Source: Candidatus Firestoneibacteriota bacterium (GTDB lineage Bacteria > Oederibacteriota > D2-FULL-39-29 > JBBTED01). Taken from it: 64,000 nucleotides of DNA. The notes under the pieces were generated by a model, which worked only from the letters and a program-made list of their open reading frames with translations, did no database searches and was not told the origin of the DNA. Numbering within the stretch: the stretch's first letter is position 1; the number at the start of each line of letters is the position of its first letter. Position numbers and translations under genes: made by a program. This document shows positions 19,317-29,101 of this stretch, in pieces. Location: NCBI GenBank assembly GCA_038042445.1, contig JBBTED010000027.1:37651-101650 (forward strand). The letters run 5' to 3'.

Positions 19317-20684
19317 TTATTTTGGAGCTTTTGCCTTTGGATAAGAATAAGCTACATAATGCGAAGATAAATTTGCTATTATAGGAAATATTCTCTCATT
19401 TAACCTCACATTATTTTCATTCCAATTATTATACAATTTCATAAGCCTGTTAAAAACAGTATTTAATTCAAATAGTTCCTGAAAAGCCCAGCAATAACCA
19501 TTTTCCAAATCCTTTTCAGACATATTTTTTGGTTTATAACATACATGACAACAATCAAAATATGCCCAACTTTTATTTAATATTCTTTTTTCTTTTTCAA
19601 GTTTAAAAAATAATTGTGTTCCAGGCAAAGGTGTAAGAATATTTACAAAACAATTGCCAATACCAGAATCTTTTATAAAATTAACTGTTCTTTCAAATAC
19701 ATTTATATCATCATCATCAAACCCAAATATAAATGAACCAAGAATAATAATACCTTTTGATTGAATTTTTCCTATTGCTTTATAATATAAATCAACTTTG
19801 TATTGATTGCCTTTATGAACTTCTGCTAAATTTTTTTGGTTAATTGATTCAAACCCTATTAAAATACTTAAACAACCACTTGCTACTAATAAATCAAGCA
19901 ATTCATCATCTTCATATATCTCAATGGTTGCCTGTATTGTATAAGGTGTTTTAAGTGGTATCATTGCTTTTAAAAGTTCTTTTGCTCTTTTTTTATCAAC
20001 TAAAAAATTATCATCACAAAAGAAAATCAATTTTTTATCAATTGAATTTACAAATTCTATTTCTTTTATTACTTTTTCAACTGATTTACATCTGTATTTT
20101 TTACCAAAATATGTCTGAACAGAACAAAATTCGCAATTATAAGGACATCCGCGTGTTGTTTGAAGTATATGAAAATTATATTTTTTATTATTTAATAAAT
20201 CGTATCTGGGAATAGGAGATAAATTTATATCAGGTTTTTCAGGAGATTCGTATATTTTTTTTAGATTATTATTTTTAAAATCTTCTATTACCTGCTTCCA
20301 TATATTTTCTGCTTCTCCTTTTACAATAGTATCTGCATGTAAAAGCCCTTCTTCTGGAAGCATAGAAGTATGAATTCCACCAATTACAACTTGGACATTT
20401 CTTTTTCTGAATTCATCAGCAATTTCATAGGCACGAGTAGCCAAAGATGTATTGGCACTTATTCCAACTAAATCAACTTTTTCATCAAAGTTAATATCCT
20501 CTATGTTTTCATCTTTGATAATTATATTTACATCTTCTGGTGTAAGCGCTGCTATAACAGGTATTGAAGCTATCATAGCACTGTATTTTTTTACTCCAAA
20601 AACAATTGATTGAAATTGTCCTCCCCAGTTTTCTAATTCTGTATCAGCAGTTTTTCGTTTGGGAACAATCAGCTTTAAAATCAC
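19317..20684 (-). CDS. B12-binding (cobalamin) radical SAM protein
   Basis: The N-terminal B12-binding-like domain is followed by TTRGCPYNCEFCSV (CxxxCxxC radical SAM cluster). Confidence 0.8.
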   Translation of the reverse strand: MILKLIVPKRKTADTELENWGGQFQSIVFGVKKYSAMIASIPVIAALTPEDVNIIIKDENIEDINFDEKVDLVGISANTSLATRAYEIADEFRKRNVQVVIGGIHTSMLPEEGLLHADTIVKGEAENIWKQVIEDFKNNNLKKIYESPEKPDINLSPIPRYDLLNNKKYNFHILQTTRGCPYNCEFCSVQTYFGKKYRCKSVEKVIKEIEFVNSIDKKLIFFCDDNFLVDKKRAKELLKAMIPLKTPYTIQATIEIYEDDELLDLLVASGCLSILIGFESINQKNLAEVHKGNQYKVDLYYKAIGKIQSKGIIILGSFIFGFDDDDINVFERTVNFIKDSGIGNCFVNILTPLPGTQLFFKLEKEKRILNKSWAYFDCCHVCYKPKNMSEKDLENGYCWAFQELFELNTVFNRLMKLYNNWNENNVRLNERIFPIIANLSSHYVAYSYPKAKAPK

Positions 20685-21274
20685 TCTACATCCTTTCTTG
20701 CTATTGCAATTTTAGGAAAAAATCTATTCACCTCTTGTTTATAACTTATATATTTTTCTTTTAATGTTTCAAGCATTGCTTTTTCTTCTATGATTGAACG
20801 TAAAATAATTATTGGAAAATATGTAATTAAAAATATAGTGAGAAAATAATAGGAATTTGGAATCAAAGTAATTCCTAATACTTCAAGTAAGTGAAAAACA
20901 TTATTTGGGTGTCTCATATATTTATATGGACCATTTTTTATTAACTCGTGATTATCTCGTATTTCAATATCCACACTCCAGTATTTCCCAAGCGAATTAA
21001 ATGCCCACTGCCTTCCAAAAAGACCTATAGAATATAGCATAATTCCTGCACAACTTACAAACAAATTCATATTTCTTTTTGCAACAAAATATTCTATAAA
21101 ACTACCAAAAAGTATAATAAGGTAGACATAAAATATATATTTGGATGTCCATTTAGCAATAACCTTGCCTTTGAGTTTTTCGGATTTCAAAGTTTTTTTT
21201 CTGATTGTGGACCTTATATGAAATGTAACTGCAAAAAATATAATATAAAATATTGTGAAATAAATGTTATTCAT
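20681..21274 (-). CDS. Second ICMT/PEMT-family membrane methyltransferase paralog
   Basis: GPYKYMRHPNNVFHLLEVLG...IEEKAMLETLKEKYISYKQEV. It is overlapped by the rSAM start (4-nt overlap). Confidence 0.65.
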   Translation of the reverse strand: MNNIYFTIFYIIFFAVTFHIRSTIRKKTLKSEKLKGKVIAKWTSKYIFYVYLIILFGSFIEYFVAKRNMNLFVSCAGIMLYSIGLFGRQWAFNSLGKYWSVDIEIRDNHELIKNGPYKYMRHPNNVFHLLEVLGITLIPNSYYFLTIFLITYFPIIILRSIIEEKAMLETLKEKYISYKQEVNRFFPKIAIARKDVE

Positions 21275-21306
21275 TATTTTTAATAGTACTCAATCTATGT
21301 CATAAT

Positions 21307-21373
21307 GGTAGCCGCAGGCTTTAGCCTGCGAAAAAATTGTAAAAAATACCGCAAGCTAAAGCTTGCGACTACC
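21307..21373. repeat. Nested-palindrome repeat family B, copy 2
   Basis: ggtagccgcaggctttagcctgcg aaaaaattgtaaaaaata ccgcaagctaaagcttgcgactacc. Confidence 0.8.
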
Positions 21374-21412
21374 ACTACAGAGAAAATCGCAAAAAACGAA
21401 TTATGACACAGT

Positions 21413-21871
21413 CTAAATGACTCCTTCCAATTTGTTCTTTAAACCAAGCAAAACATTTCTTGTAAGCTTGTCAATTGCGGGTTTTGCTATGAATTTGGAT
21501 AAAATCCAGCCTAAAACAGGTGGATTTAAGCTTAATCTGTGTGTTATTGTTAATTTCGTGCCTTCAGGAACTTCTTCAAATAGCCACTCGATTTTCATTC
21601 CTTTTAATCTGCCTTCAATTTGTTCAAATTCTATTGTTTTATTGATATTAAATTTTACTTTTGACTTCCACTTCATTATTTTACCTTTTATTTCTGCAAC
21701 TCTTTCAACAATCATTCCACCATCTTCTGTTTTTATAAGCTTTGATGGTTTATACCCCGGTATATAGGTATGAGAGTTTTCAATATCCTGTGCAATTTTA
21801 TATACTTCAGGTAAATTTCTTTTTATTATAATTGTATCTTTTGTAATCATATTATTGCTACCACTCTGCAC
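21413..21871 (-). CDS. SRPBCC-family (polyketide cyclase/dehydrase-like, START fold) protein
   Basis: Size and sequence pattern of polyketide_cyc2. It overlaps the downstream cyclase ORF at the N-terminus, so the true start may be the internal MITKD. Confidence 0.5.
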   Translation of the reverse strand: MQSGSNNMITKDTIIIKRNLPEVYKIAQDIENSHTYIPGYKPSKLIKTEDGGMIVERVAEIKGKIMKWKSKVKFNINKTIEFEQIEGRLKGMKIEWLFEEVPEGTKLTITHRLSLNPPVLGWILSKFIAKPAIDKLTRNVLLGLKNKLEGVI

Positions 21872-22614
21872 CAGCCGGCACTTGCTTTTTCAATTTTAAC
21901 AGGAAAACAAATTATTTTAAAGCCGAAAGGTTTGGGAATCTTATCCAAATTAGCAAGTTTTTCTATATGACAGTATTCAATTTTTTTCCCAACAAAATGT
22001 GCAGGAAATATAAAAGTATTATCTTTGGTTTTAAGAAAATCCTGCAACATATTAATTGCAGGTCTGTCAAAACCCCATGCATCTATCCCAAGTATTTTAA
22101 CACCTTGTTTTAAAATATATTCTGTCCCTTCGGCACTCATTCCAGAATGTGCTGAAAAATAATTATCTTTTTCAAAATATTTGTCTGCACCTGTCATTAT
22201 CAATACAATATCATAGGGCTTTATTTTATAGTTTATTTTATCTAATGCTTTTTGCACATCTATCTGCAAAATTGCATCACCTTGTTGTTTATGCCTAAAA
22301 TCAAGAAGGACACCATCATTATAACACCATTCTAAAGGAATCTCATCAACTGTTATTGCTTTTTTACCATTAATCTGCGAAGTAAAATGCCAAGGAGCAT
22401 CAAGATGTGTTCCTGAATGTGTATCTAATATTATTTCTTCATTTGCAAGACCTCTACCATCAGGAAAATCTTTTTCAGTTATTTGAGTTTTAAAAATATT
22501 ACTCGCAGCAGCACTAAGATTTTTTGCACCCTCTATATGATTAAAATATTTTATTTTGGGTGACTCAGGCTCCGGTGTATTATTTTTAATAGGTAAACTC
22601 AAGTCAATAAGCAT
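21847..22614 (-). CDS. Cyclase-family protein (PF04199, arylformamidase/kynurenine formamidase-like)
   Basis: The HSGTHLDAPWHF motif (HxGTHxDxPxH) is characteristic of the putative cyclase family. Confidence 0.7.
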   Translation of the reverse strand: MLIDLSLPIKNNTPEPESPKIKYFNHIEGAKNLSAAASNIFKTQITEKDFPDGRGLANEEIILDTHSGTHLDAPWHFTSQINGKKAITVDEIPLEWCYNDGVLLDFRHKQQGDAILQIDVQKALDKINYKIKPYDIVLIMTGADKYFEKDNYFSAHSGMSAEGTEYILKQGVKILGIDAWGFDRPAINMLQDFLKTKDNTFIFPAHFVGKKIEYCHIEKLANLDKIPKPFGFKIICFPVKIEKASAGWCRVVAII

Positions 22615-22622
22615 TTTATTTT

Positions 22623-23027
22623 TTACAAATCTTTTTTATGAACCATAAATGGTTTTTGACCTACAAACTCACCATTTGCAAATATCCTGAATGCATATTT
22701 GCCTGGCTCATTAAAAACTATGCCGTGCAAATTAAATACTAATTCATAACTTGCCAGTTTATCAACTACATCAATTTCAGGTATTTCTGTCTTAGCAACA
22801 ACTATATCTGTATCAAAATTAACGAATTCTAAAGCAAATTTATATATTCCCAATGCATCAGTAAATTTTACAAACACACTCAAAGATGGATGTGCGCAGG
22901 GAAAAGAAGATGCTGAGATATTTTCAAATAATCCAATTAAACTCTTCTTATTTGTTCCAACTTCAGTAATTACTGTATCGCATATAAGCATTGCATTCAA
23001 ATGCGGTTTTAGATTTGAAGTATTCAT
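22623..23027 (-). CDS. Hypothetical protein
   Basis: Intact ORF in an operon-like arrangement. No recognisable motif. Confidence 0.4.
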   Translation of the reverse strand: MNTSNLKPHLNAMLICDTVITEVGTNKKSLIGLFENISASSFPCAHPSLSVFVKFTDALGIYKFALEFVNFDTDIVVAKTEIPEIDVVDKLASYELVFNLHGIVFNEPGKYAFRIFANGEFVGQKPFMVHKKDL

Positions 23028-23045
23028 ATTTTTACCTTCTCACTA

Positions 23046-23197
23046 CTGTTACATTTAAAGTAACATTAGCCATTCTAAGAATATACATTATTATTGTAGC
23101 TGCAGAGCAAAGCTCTGCTAAAAACCAGCAAAGCTTTCGCTTTGCGGCTACATAAACTATACAAAATCCATTAAATATTAGAATGGCTAACCTATTA
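23046..23197. mobile_element. Composite MITE-like element (family A core 23096-23151 plus outer ttagccattctaa / ttagaatggctaa TIR), copy 3
   Basis: Same architecture and over 90% identity to 18506-18646. Confidence 0.7.
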
Positions 23198-23203
23198 CCA
23201 TTT

Positions 23204-23243
23204 AAAAGACTTTGGTTCCCCGATTACTCGGGAATGACAGAAT
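23204..23243 (-). terminator. Stem-loop aaaagactttggttccccgattactcgggaatgacagaat downstream of ctpA
   Basis: Inverted repeat ttccccga/tcgggaa. A near-identical module is at 24765-24809. Confidence 0.45.
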
Positions 23244-23245
23244 TT

Positions 23246-24733
23246 TTACTTTACAACTGCTGGAGTTGATTTTTGTATTATCTCTGCACCTTTTAGCACA
23301 TCTATTGCTCGTAGGACAACAGGATCTTCAGACAAAGCAGTAACCTGCGCAGCATCGTCATTTTTCAATAAGCGAACAATTTCCATTTTAATAGAACGAC
23401 TTATAAAAGATTTACCTTTTGATGCATCATCATCACTAATAGTATATCCATTTGCCTTTGCAAAACTAATAAAATCCTGAATAATTTTTTCGCTAATTTT
23501 AATATCAACAGTAATATCTTTATGTTCTTCTATATATTTTTTTGCATAATGGATAAAATGTTCATAGTATTGTAATTTCCATACAGATTCCGGTATAAAT
23601 GGTTCATCTTCTACTAGAACATCCGGAGCTATTCCTTTTTCATGAATAAGTCTTCCACTTGGCGTATAATAATATGCAGTTGTAAGTTTTAACCCAGCTC
23701 CATTATTCATCGGATATATACTTTGCACAGAACCTTTGCCAAAAGTTTGGCTTCCTATTATTACTCCTCTTCCACTATCTTGTATTACACCTGTTACAAT
23801 TTCAGAAGCACTTGCACTACCTTTATTAACCAATACAACCAATGGCTCAGGATGAGGTGCAGCACCACTATCTGCATAATAATTTCTGTTTTGTTCTTTA
23901 ATTCTACCTTTTGTATAAACTATTAATTTACCATCACCAATAAATTTACAAGAAACATCAACTGCAGAAGAAAGTAATCCACCAGGATTACCACGTAAAT
24001 CTAAAATTAATGCTTTAACTTTTGAAGTTTCTAAATCCTTTAATGCTTTTTCCAAATCTGCACTTGTTTTCTCCATAAAACTTCGGACACGAACATATCC
24101 AATATCGCCATTTAAAACATAAGACTGAACACTTATCATTTTAATTGTTTCTCTTGTAACTATAATATCAAATGGTTCTTTAACACTTTCACGTAATATT
24201 GTTATAGTAACTTGAGTCCCTCTTGGACCTCTTAATTTTTTTACAGCCTCGTTTATTGTAATATCTTTTGTAGTTTCTCCATTTATTTTTATTATTTTAT
24301 CTCCTGATTTTACACCTGCTTTATACGCAGGAGTTCCTTCAATAGGAGATACTACAGTAAGCACATCACTTCGTATTGATATTTCTATTCCAAGTCCTTC
24401 AAAAGAACCACCTGTATCTGTTTGAAGCTCTTTATATTCCTCTGCATCCATAAACTGGCTATGTGGATCAAGTGTAGAAACCATACCCTTAATTGCTCCC
24501 TGAATTAATTTTTGCGAATCAGCTTTGTCAACATCTACATAAGATTGCTGTATTTGTGAAAGAACATCTACAAACGGAACCATATCCTGATATGTCTTTT
24601 CTATAATTTCTCTTGGTTTATCCTGACCAATTGCACCAATTGAAAATCCAACCAGAATAGCTAATATCCCTATACCACTCACTTTGTTCGGGTATAGGGC
24701 ATGCCCTATTACTTTTAATATTCTTTTATACAT
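23246..24733 (-). CDS. ctpA: Carboxyl-terminal processing protease (S41, Ctp) with PDZ domain
   Basis: The PDZ region is followed by LILDLRGNPGGLLSSAV and the catalytic Ser/Lys region of S41. N-terminal TM anchor. Confidence 0.85.
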   Translation of the reverse strand: MYKRILKVIGHALYPNKVSGIGILAILVGFSIGAIGQDKPREIIEKTYQDMVPFVDVLSQIQQSYVDVDKADSQKLIQGAIKGMVSTLDPHSQFMDAEEYKELQTDTGGSFEGLGIEISIRSDVLTVVSPIEGTPAYKAGVKSGDKIIKINGETTKDITINEAVKKLRGPRGTQVTITILRESVKEPFDIIVTRETIKMISVQSYVLNGDIGYVRVRSFMEKTSADLEKALKDLETSKVKALILDLRGNPGGLLSSAVDVSCKFIGDGKLIVYTKGRIKEQNRNYYADSGAAPHPEPLVVLVNKGSASASEIVTGVIQDSGRGVIIGSQTFGKGSVQSIYPMNNGAGLKLTTAYYYTPSGRLIHEKGIAPDVLVEDEPFIPESVWKLQYYEHFIHYAKKYIEEHKDITVDIKISEKIIQDFISFAKANGYTISDDDASKGKSFISRSIKMEIVRLLKNDDAAQVTALSEDPVVLRAIDVLKGAEIIQKSTPAVVK

Positions 24734-24764
24734 AAATTTCCTCCCTAATTAAACCTGTTGCATT

Positions 24765-24809
24765 TAAAAGACTCTGGATTCCCGATAGAAACATTCGGGA
24801 ATGACAAAA
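24765..24809 (-). terminator. Stem-loop aaaagactctggattcccgatagaaacattcgggaatgacaaaat downstream of the M23 gene
   Basis: Inverted repeat ttcccga/tcgggaa with the same flanks as the 23204 copy. Confidence 0.45.
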
Positions 24810-24818
24810 TACTATTTA

Positions 24819-26006
24819 TTATTTGTTTTTTAACCACTTAAGTGGATCCAATGGAGTTCCTTGTTTTCTTATTTCAAAATATAATGCAGCTCCATATAAC
24901 GAACTTGTATCACCTACTAAACCTATGCTTTTTCCAATTTCCACTCTTTCTCCAAGTGACACAGTTATTTCTGAAAGATGCCCGTAAATTGTATAATAAT
25001 TTGCTCCATGGTCTAAGATAATCATTTTCCCATATCCCTTAAACCAATCAGCATATATTACTACACCTGTACTTACTGTATCTACTGATTGACCAATAGA
25101 AGACGATATTTCTATACCTTTATTAAAAACACTTATATTAAATTTTTTATGCTTTTGCGAGCCAAAATTAGAAACAACCTTTCCCTTAACAGGCCACATA
25201 AGCTTACCTTTAGATTTTTCAAATCCGAGCTTAGCAAGGGTTTTTTGTTCTTCATAAGAACCAACTTGTGTTTCTAATTTCTTTACTAATGTTAATAATT
25301 CCTTACTTGCTTCCTCCAGTTCAGCTATTGCCTGCTGATATGCCTGTTTTTCTTTTCTTATTTTAACAAGCAAAACTTCTTTTCGTTTTTTCTCAACAGT
25401 TGCTTCGCTTTGCTTCTTTAAAGTTAATTCTTTAAGTATTTTATAACGTGCTTTTTTATATTCAAGTTCTCGTTTTTTATTCTCAATTTTTATTTTCTGA
25501 TCTTCAACTTCTTTTTTCAACTCAGCAGTATTTTTTAATACATCCTGCATAAACTTGTAACGATTTAAAAACTGACTGATAGTTTGTGAAGTTAAAAGTA
25601 TTTCCCACCAATAAAGTTTTCCATGTTTATAAAGAACCCTTAATCTCTGATGTAATTTTTTTCTAATTTTTGAAAGCTTATCATTTGCTTCTTGCAGTTC
25701 ATTTTCTGTTATTTTTATTTTTTCTTCTGTTACAGTTAATTCAAGATTATAAGTTGCTATTTGTTTTTCCAGAAAATCTATCTGCTTTTCTACTTTTTCT
25801 AATTCACCCAGTATTCCTTTTTCTTTTATTTCTGCTTGCTGTTTTTTTGTTTCTTCAGCTTCTATTTTTTTTTCAAGCTTATTGAAATTTTCTTTGGTTT
25901 TTTCTATTGACCCTTTATAATCATCTATTTTTTTATCAAGGTCAACAGCAAATACAAAAGGCACAGAAATAAAAATTGCAATTATTAAAGTTATTACATC
26001 CTTCAT
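24819..26006 (-). CDS. envC: Coiled-coil M23 peptidase / murein hydrolase activator (EnvC/NlpD-like)
   Basis: Long coiled-coil region followed by an M23 LytM domain (GVVIYADWFKGYGKMIILDHGANYYTIYGHLS). The start is placed at the internal MKDVITLIIAIF (26006), just after the ftsX stop. Confidence 0.75.
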   Translation of the reverse strand: MKDVITLIIAIFISVPFVFAVDLDKKIDDYKGSIEKTKENFNKLEKKIEAEETKKQQAEIKEKGILGELEKVEKQIDFLEKQIATYNLELTVTEEKIKITENELQEANDKLSKIRKKLHQRLRVLYKHGKLYWWEILLTSQTISQFLNRYKFMQDVLKNTAELKKEVEDQKIKIENKKRELEYKKARYKILKELTLKKQSEATVEKKRKEVLLVKIRKEKQAYQQAIAELEEASKELLTLVKKLETQVGSYEEQKTLAKLGFEKSKGKLMWPVKGKVVSNFGSQKHKKFNISVFNKGIEISSSIGQSVDTVSTGVVIYADWFKGYGKMIILDHGANYYTIYGHLSEITVSLGERVEIGKSIGLVGDTSSLYGAALYFEIRKQGTPLDPLKWLKNK

Positions 26007-26881
26007 GCCTTGAGGAATCTTCCTATTGCTAATGAACTTCCTAAAATCCCAAGACCTGTTCCAAATCCAAGTATTATCCATACTATGGTTATATTAAAAA
26101 CAAGTATTTTCATACCCAAAAAAGAATTGATTTCTTTTAATCCAAGTGAACTTGCAATAAATAAAATTACTATAGCAGCAATACCACCAATTAACCCACT
26201 TAACATACCTTCAATAATAAATGGCAATCTTATAAACCAATTTGTAGCACCTAAAAGCTTCATTGTTTTTATTTCTTCCCTGCGAGCATATAATGCAAGC
26301 CTTGTAGTATTTGCTACAATAAATACTGCAGATATAAATACCAATGCAGTAAGCACTAAAATTCCTGTTCTTGCTATTTGAGCAATATGTAAAATTTTTT
26401 CAACTTCATCTTTTAAATATTTAACTTCTTCTATTCCATAAACCTTTGAAAGTTCAGATGCTATTGCAGATAATTTGTTTGAATCACGATATTGAGGTTT
26501 TACTTTTAATTTAAAAGATGCTGGAAGTGGATTTGATTCTGCTGCATCAAAAAAACTCGCTAAAGCTTTATCTTTTTTAAATTCTTTAAGTGCAGCATCT
26601 TTTGACACAAATACATAAGACTCTATAGCTTCCATAGTTTTCATTTTGTCAATTATTGAGGTAATATCAATTTCATCTAAATCATCTTTTAAAAATACAA
26701 CTATTTCAACTTTCGATTCCAATGCATTCATAGTTTTATTGGCATTGAGGACAACCAACAAAAAAATACCTACTATAAGCAAAGTTATAAAAGCTGAACC
26801 AACACTTATAAGCTGTGCTTCGCTATGGCGTTTAAGATTTAATACTGCCTCATGAAATATGTAGATTAATTTATCAAACAT
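26003..26881 (-). CDS. ftsX: Cell division ABC transporter permease FtsX
   Basis: FtsX topology (TM, large periplasmic loop, three TM) and the conserved N-terminus (NLKRHSEAQLISVGSAFITLLIVG). Confidence 0.85.
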   Translation of the reverse strand: MFDKLIYIFHEAVLNLKRHSEAQLISVGSAFITLLIVGIFLLVVLNANKTMNALESKVEIVVFLKDDLDEIDITSIIDKMKTMEAIESYVFVSKDAALKEFKKDKALASFFDAAESNPLPASFKLKVKPQYRDSNKLSAIASELSKVYGIEEVKYLKDEVEKILHIAQIARTGILVLTALVFISAVFIVANTTRLALYARREEIKTMKLLGATNWFIRLPFIIEGMLSGLIGGIAAIVILFIASSLGLKEINSFLGMKILVFNITIVWIILGFGTGLGILGSSLAIGRFLKA

Positions 26882-27533
26882 TTGTTATTATTTGCCCGGC
26901 TTTCAACTCAATAACTCTTCTTCCTGATTTTCTTGCAATTTCTCTATCCTGTGTAATTACTACAACTGTTCTTTTATGCAAACTGTCGAAGCAAAAAAGT
27001 TGTAATAATTCCCATGCTGAAGCTACTTCTAAATGAGAAAACGGTTCATCAATAAGTAATACTTCTGGCTCTGTACTTAAAGCTCTGGCAAATGCCAGTT
27101 TTTGCTTTTCACCTGCTGAAAGCTCTTTTGGCAAAAGGGAATATTTGTTTTCAAAGCCAAAAAGACTTAAAATCCTTGTAATTTTTTCTTTTCTCTGGGA
27201 ATATGAAATACCAATAGCATGCAATACAAAACTTATGTTATCTTCAACTGTCCTATCAGGTAATAATTTCAAATCCTGAAATACTACTCCAAATTTACGT
27301 CGTATATAAGGAATTTCTTTGTCCGGCAAAGAATTTAAACTTGCACCACCAAACATTATAGTCCCGCCTGTAGGTGATTCGTCTTTAATTAAGAGTTTAA
27401 ATATTGTAGTTTTTCCTGCACCTGCAGGACCTGTAATAAAAACTTCTTCGCCTTGTTTTATTGTAAATGTTAAATCCCTTACTGCCTCTACACCATTTGG
27501 ATAAACCTTTGAAGTATGCAAAAATTCAATCAT
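26874..27533 (-). CDS. ftsE: Cell division ABC transporter ATP-binding protein FtsE
   Basis: Walker A (GPAGAGKTT), ABC signature (LSAGEKQKLAFARAL) and Walker B (LLIDEP). Confidence 0.9.
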   Translation of the reverse strand: MIEFLHTSKVYPNGVEAVRDLTFTIKQGEEVFITGPAGAGKTTIFKLLIKDESPTGGTIMFGGASLNSLPDKEIPYIRRKFGVVFQDLKLLPDRTVEDNISFVLHAIGISYSQRKEKITRILSLFGFENKYSLLPKELSAGEKQKLAFARALSTEPEVLLIDEPFSHLEVASAWELLQLFCFDSLHKRTVVVITQDREIARKSGRRVIELKAGQIITNV

Positions 27534-27651
27534 AACTTATTCTATATTACAAATGCGCATTTTGTCAAGTTTACAAAACTTATTTTGTATTGACAAAAAC
27601 AGGCGATGGGTATTAAATTGTTTTAAGAAAATAATTAGAAAGGAGATATTT

Positions 27652-28455
27652 ATGTTTCAGCCAAAATTAGGGGTTTCACTTCATACCATTATGCTTCCTC
27701 TTGTTCCAGAATCATTGGAAGAAATCAGTAAATCCAGTATTGCTACATTAGAAATTAGTCCAAAACTTTTTGCGACAAAAGAACAACAACATTTATTAAA
27801 ACAAATGTTGAGTAAAAATAAAATACGCGTAGCATCAATACATACATTGTTTGGAGGAATCTATGATTTTTCAATACTTGATGAAAATATGCATCAAAAT
27901 GCAATAGCACAATTTGATATCTCTCTTAAATTAGCTATTGAATTAAATGCACCACTTATTGTTCTTCACGCAAGCTCAGACACAGTTAAAACTGAAGAAC
28001 GACAAAACCGTCTAAAACAAGCAAAAAAAGGGCTAAAAAAAATTGAAGAACAATGTATTAAATTTAATAAGAAAATTGCTGTTGAAGTCCTTCCACGTAC
28101 TTGTTTAGGGAATACAATAGAAGAACTATTAAAACTCATAGAAGGTCTTGATGAACAAACCTTTGGTATATGTCTTGATACAAATCATCTGATGAGTGAT
28201 TACCAAGATTTACCAAATAAAGTTAGAATGTTAAATAAAAAACTTATGACTTTGCATCTTTCTGATTATGATGGAATTGATGAAAAACACCAAATTCCAG
28301 GCACAGGAGTTATCAACTGGAAATCATTTATGACTGCACTAAATAACATTGATTATAAAGGTCCATTTAATTATGAGTGTAAAATAGAAGGAGAAACAAT
28401 AAGCAGCAAAATAAAATCTTTAGAAACAAATTTTAACTGGATATGCAATCTTTAA
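27652..28455 (+). CDS. Sugar phosphate isomerase/epimerase (xylose isomerase-like TIM barrel)
   Basis: AP-endonuclease-2/XylA-like TIM barrel pattern. The start is placed at MFQPKLGV (27652), preceded by AGGAGA 5 nt upstream. The longer track ORF begins inside the ftsE divergent promoter region. Confidence 0.65.
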   Translation: MFQPKLGVSLHTIMLPLVPESLEEISKSSIATLEISPKLFATKEQQHLLKQMLSKNKIRVASIHTLFGGIYDFSILDENMHQNAIAQFDISLKLAIELNAPLIVLHASSDTVKTEERQNRLKQAKKGLKKIEEQCIKFNKKIAVEVLPRTCLGNTIEELLKLIEGLDEQTFGICLDTNHLMSDYQDLPNKVRMLNKKLMTLHLSDYDGIDEKHQIPGTGVINWKSFMTALNNIDYKGPFNYECKIEGETISSKIKSLETNFNWICNL

Positions 28456-28467
28456 AAATCTCCCCTA

Positions 28468-28494
28468 TCCCCTCTTTTACAAAGAGGGGGAAAT
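28468..28494. terminator. Bidirectional stem-loop between convergent genes (cccctcttttacaaagagggg)
   Basis: Perfect 8-bp G/C stem with T/A runs on both sides. Confidence 0.5.
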
Positions 28495-28519
28495 CATTAA
28501 AATTCCCGAAGAATCAAAT

Positions 28520-29101
28520 CTACTTCCTACCATAAATTTTTGCTTCAGTTATTATTTTTGTTACAGGTTCATCGAAAGGGAATACTGGTATTGAAGGTAA
28601 AATCTGGCAATCATAAGCAATAGCAATTTTTGGAATATGTTTTGAGGTTTTCTTAAAAAGATTGTCATAATATCCACCGCCATATCCTAATCTATTGCAT
28701 TGCGAATCAAAAGCAACACCTGGACTTACAACAAAATCTATTTCATTAGGTTTAACAATATGCAAATTTTCATCTTTTGGTTCCATTATTCCATAAGTAC
28801 CTTTAACAAGGTCAGTATCAACATTTTTAATTTCTGCTAATATTAATTCTTTTTTGTTTTTATCCACTTTTGGCAAAATAATTTTTTTTCCTGATTTTAA
28901 GGCACCTCTTATCATTTGTTCAGTCATAACTTCACTGCCATAAGTATAGAAAAACATAATTGTTTTCGCATTAACAAATTCAGGCAGAGCAAAAAGTTTG
29001 TTTTGAATTTCTGCACTTTTTGCAATGCGTTCTTTTTCAGATAAAGAATCGCGAAGTTTAATTATTTTTTTTCTAATTTCCTTTTTCAAATTCTGATTCA
29101 T
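28520..29101 (-). CDS. 5-formyltetrahydrofolate cyclo-ligase
   Basis: MNQNLKKEIRKKIIKLR... and the C-terminal GYGGGYYD motif typical of MTHFS/YgfA. Confidence 0.75.
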   Translation of the reverse strand: MNQNLKKEIRKKIIKLRDSLSEKERIAKSAEIQNKLFALPEFVNAKTIMFFYTYGSEVMTEQMIRGALKSGKKIILPKVDKNKKELILAEIKNVDTDLVKGTYGIMEPKDENLHIVKPNEIDFVVSPGVAFDSQCNRLGYGGGYYDNLFKKTSKHIPKIAIAYDCQILPSIPVFPFDEPVTKIITEAKIYGRK

